NCBI GenBank assembly: GCA_965113315.1
Contig: OZ220373.1
Direction: 5' to 3' (one strand)
From: Podarcis vaucheri
Lineage: Eukaryota
DNA length: 64,000 nt
How positions within the stretch are numbered: position 1 is the stretch's first letter; every line of letters begins with the position of its first letter. The notes beneath the pieces are model-generated. The model worked only from the letters and a program-made list of their open reading frames with translations, did not search any database and was not told the DNA's origin. This document shows positions 63,398 through 64,000 of this stretch, piece by piece. Made by a program: the position numbers and the translations under genes.

Positions 63398-64000
63398 CTC
63401 TTCTACTGAGCTACGGCCCTTCCTGCCAACAGAACTTGCCAACCTGGCTTTAGAGTGAAATAAACAAGCATTGGAGCACAGTCATAAAACTAACTGCATG
63501 TGTGATGGGAAAGGGGAAAGCCCGTGCAGCAATTTGTTTCCAAACTGGCAGAGTTGGCCACAAGCGACTGCTGTTGAAATTGTTTTTGATGTGAAGTGGC
63601 AACTGCTGATTGCTGGGGGCCTTGGCAATGGGGTGCCAAAAGCCACGCCCCAGGCACGGTGCCAAATGCACACAACCAGATTGCTATAACGCTGCTACAA
63701 GAGGTTTCCCAAGCCTTTTCCGCCATGGTTGCCACATTCATGTCCCCTATGTCTACTTAGCTGCTGGTGTGCAGATTGGCTACACTGCACCAGATAAACT
63801 CAAGGCCAAATGCTCACACTGAATGTGAGTAATCCCGAAAGCAACGTTGAGAGATGTGGGGTTTGTGCATCTTTCACACACTCGAGTGGCAACCATGCCC
63901 AACCTCTGAGTGGGTCACAGATGCTTGCACCCCTTGCCAAAGTGAGCAAACAAACCAGGATGTCTTCTGTGAACCACTGTTCCCTGTTACACCCAAACTA

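Overview
Vertebrate genomic DNA, most likely a lacertid lizard (inferred from Sauria/POM-type and Squam-type SINEs, Bov-B, CR1 and L2). The minus strand carries SMAD2 exons 2-9 (22549 to 183; all GT-AG, exon sizes matching the known SMAD2 structure; the last exons lie left of the window) and its CpG-island promoter at about 35.0-36.3 kb. Further right, also on the minus strand, are the terminal coding exon of ZBTB7C (53246 to 52610) and its last intron, the known ZBTB7C-SMAD2 gene order. The rest is TE-rich, with two assembly gaps. No new protein-coding system is evident. The best second-look signals are RNA/TE level: (1) Penelope-type terminal repeats carrying minimal hammerhead ribozymes, one intact (61359-61396) and one G12A; (2) three concentric inverted TE pairs in the ZBTB7C last intron, ending beside the branch point; (3) a SINE-spacer-SINE composite under a single TSD, nested in a MITE in the probable ZBTB7C 3'UTR; (4) Tc2-like MITEs built from interchangeable palindromic modules. 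TE family names come from recognition, not a database search.
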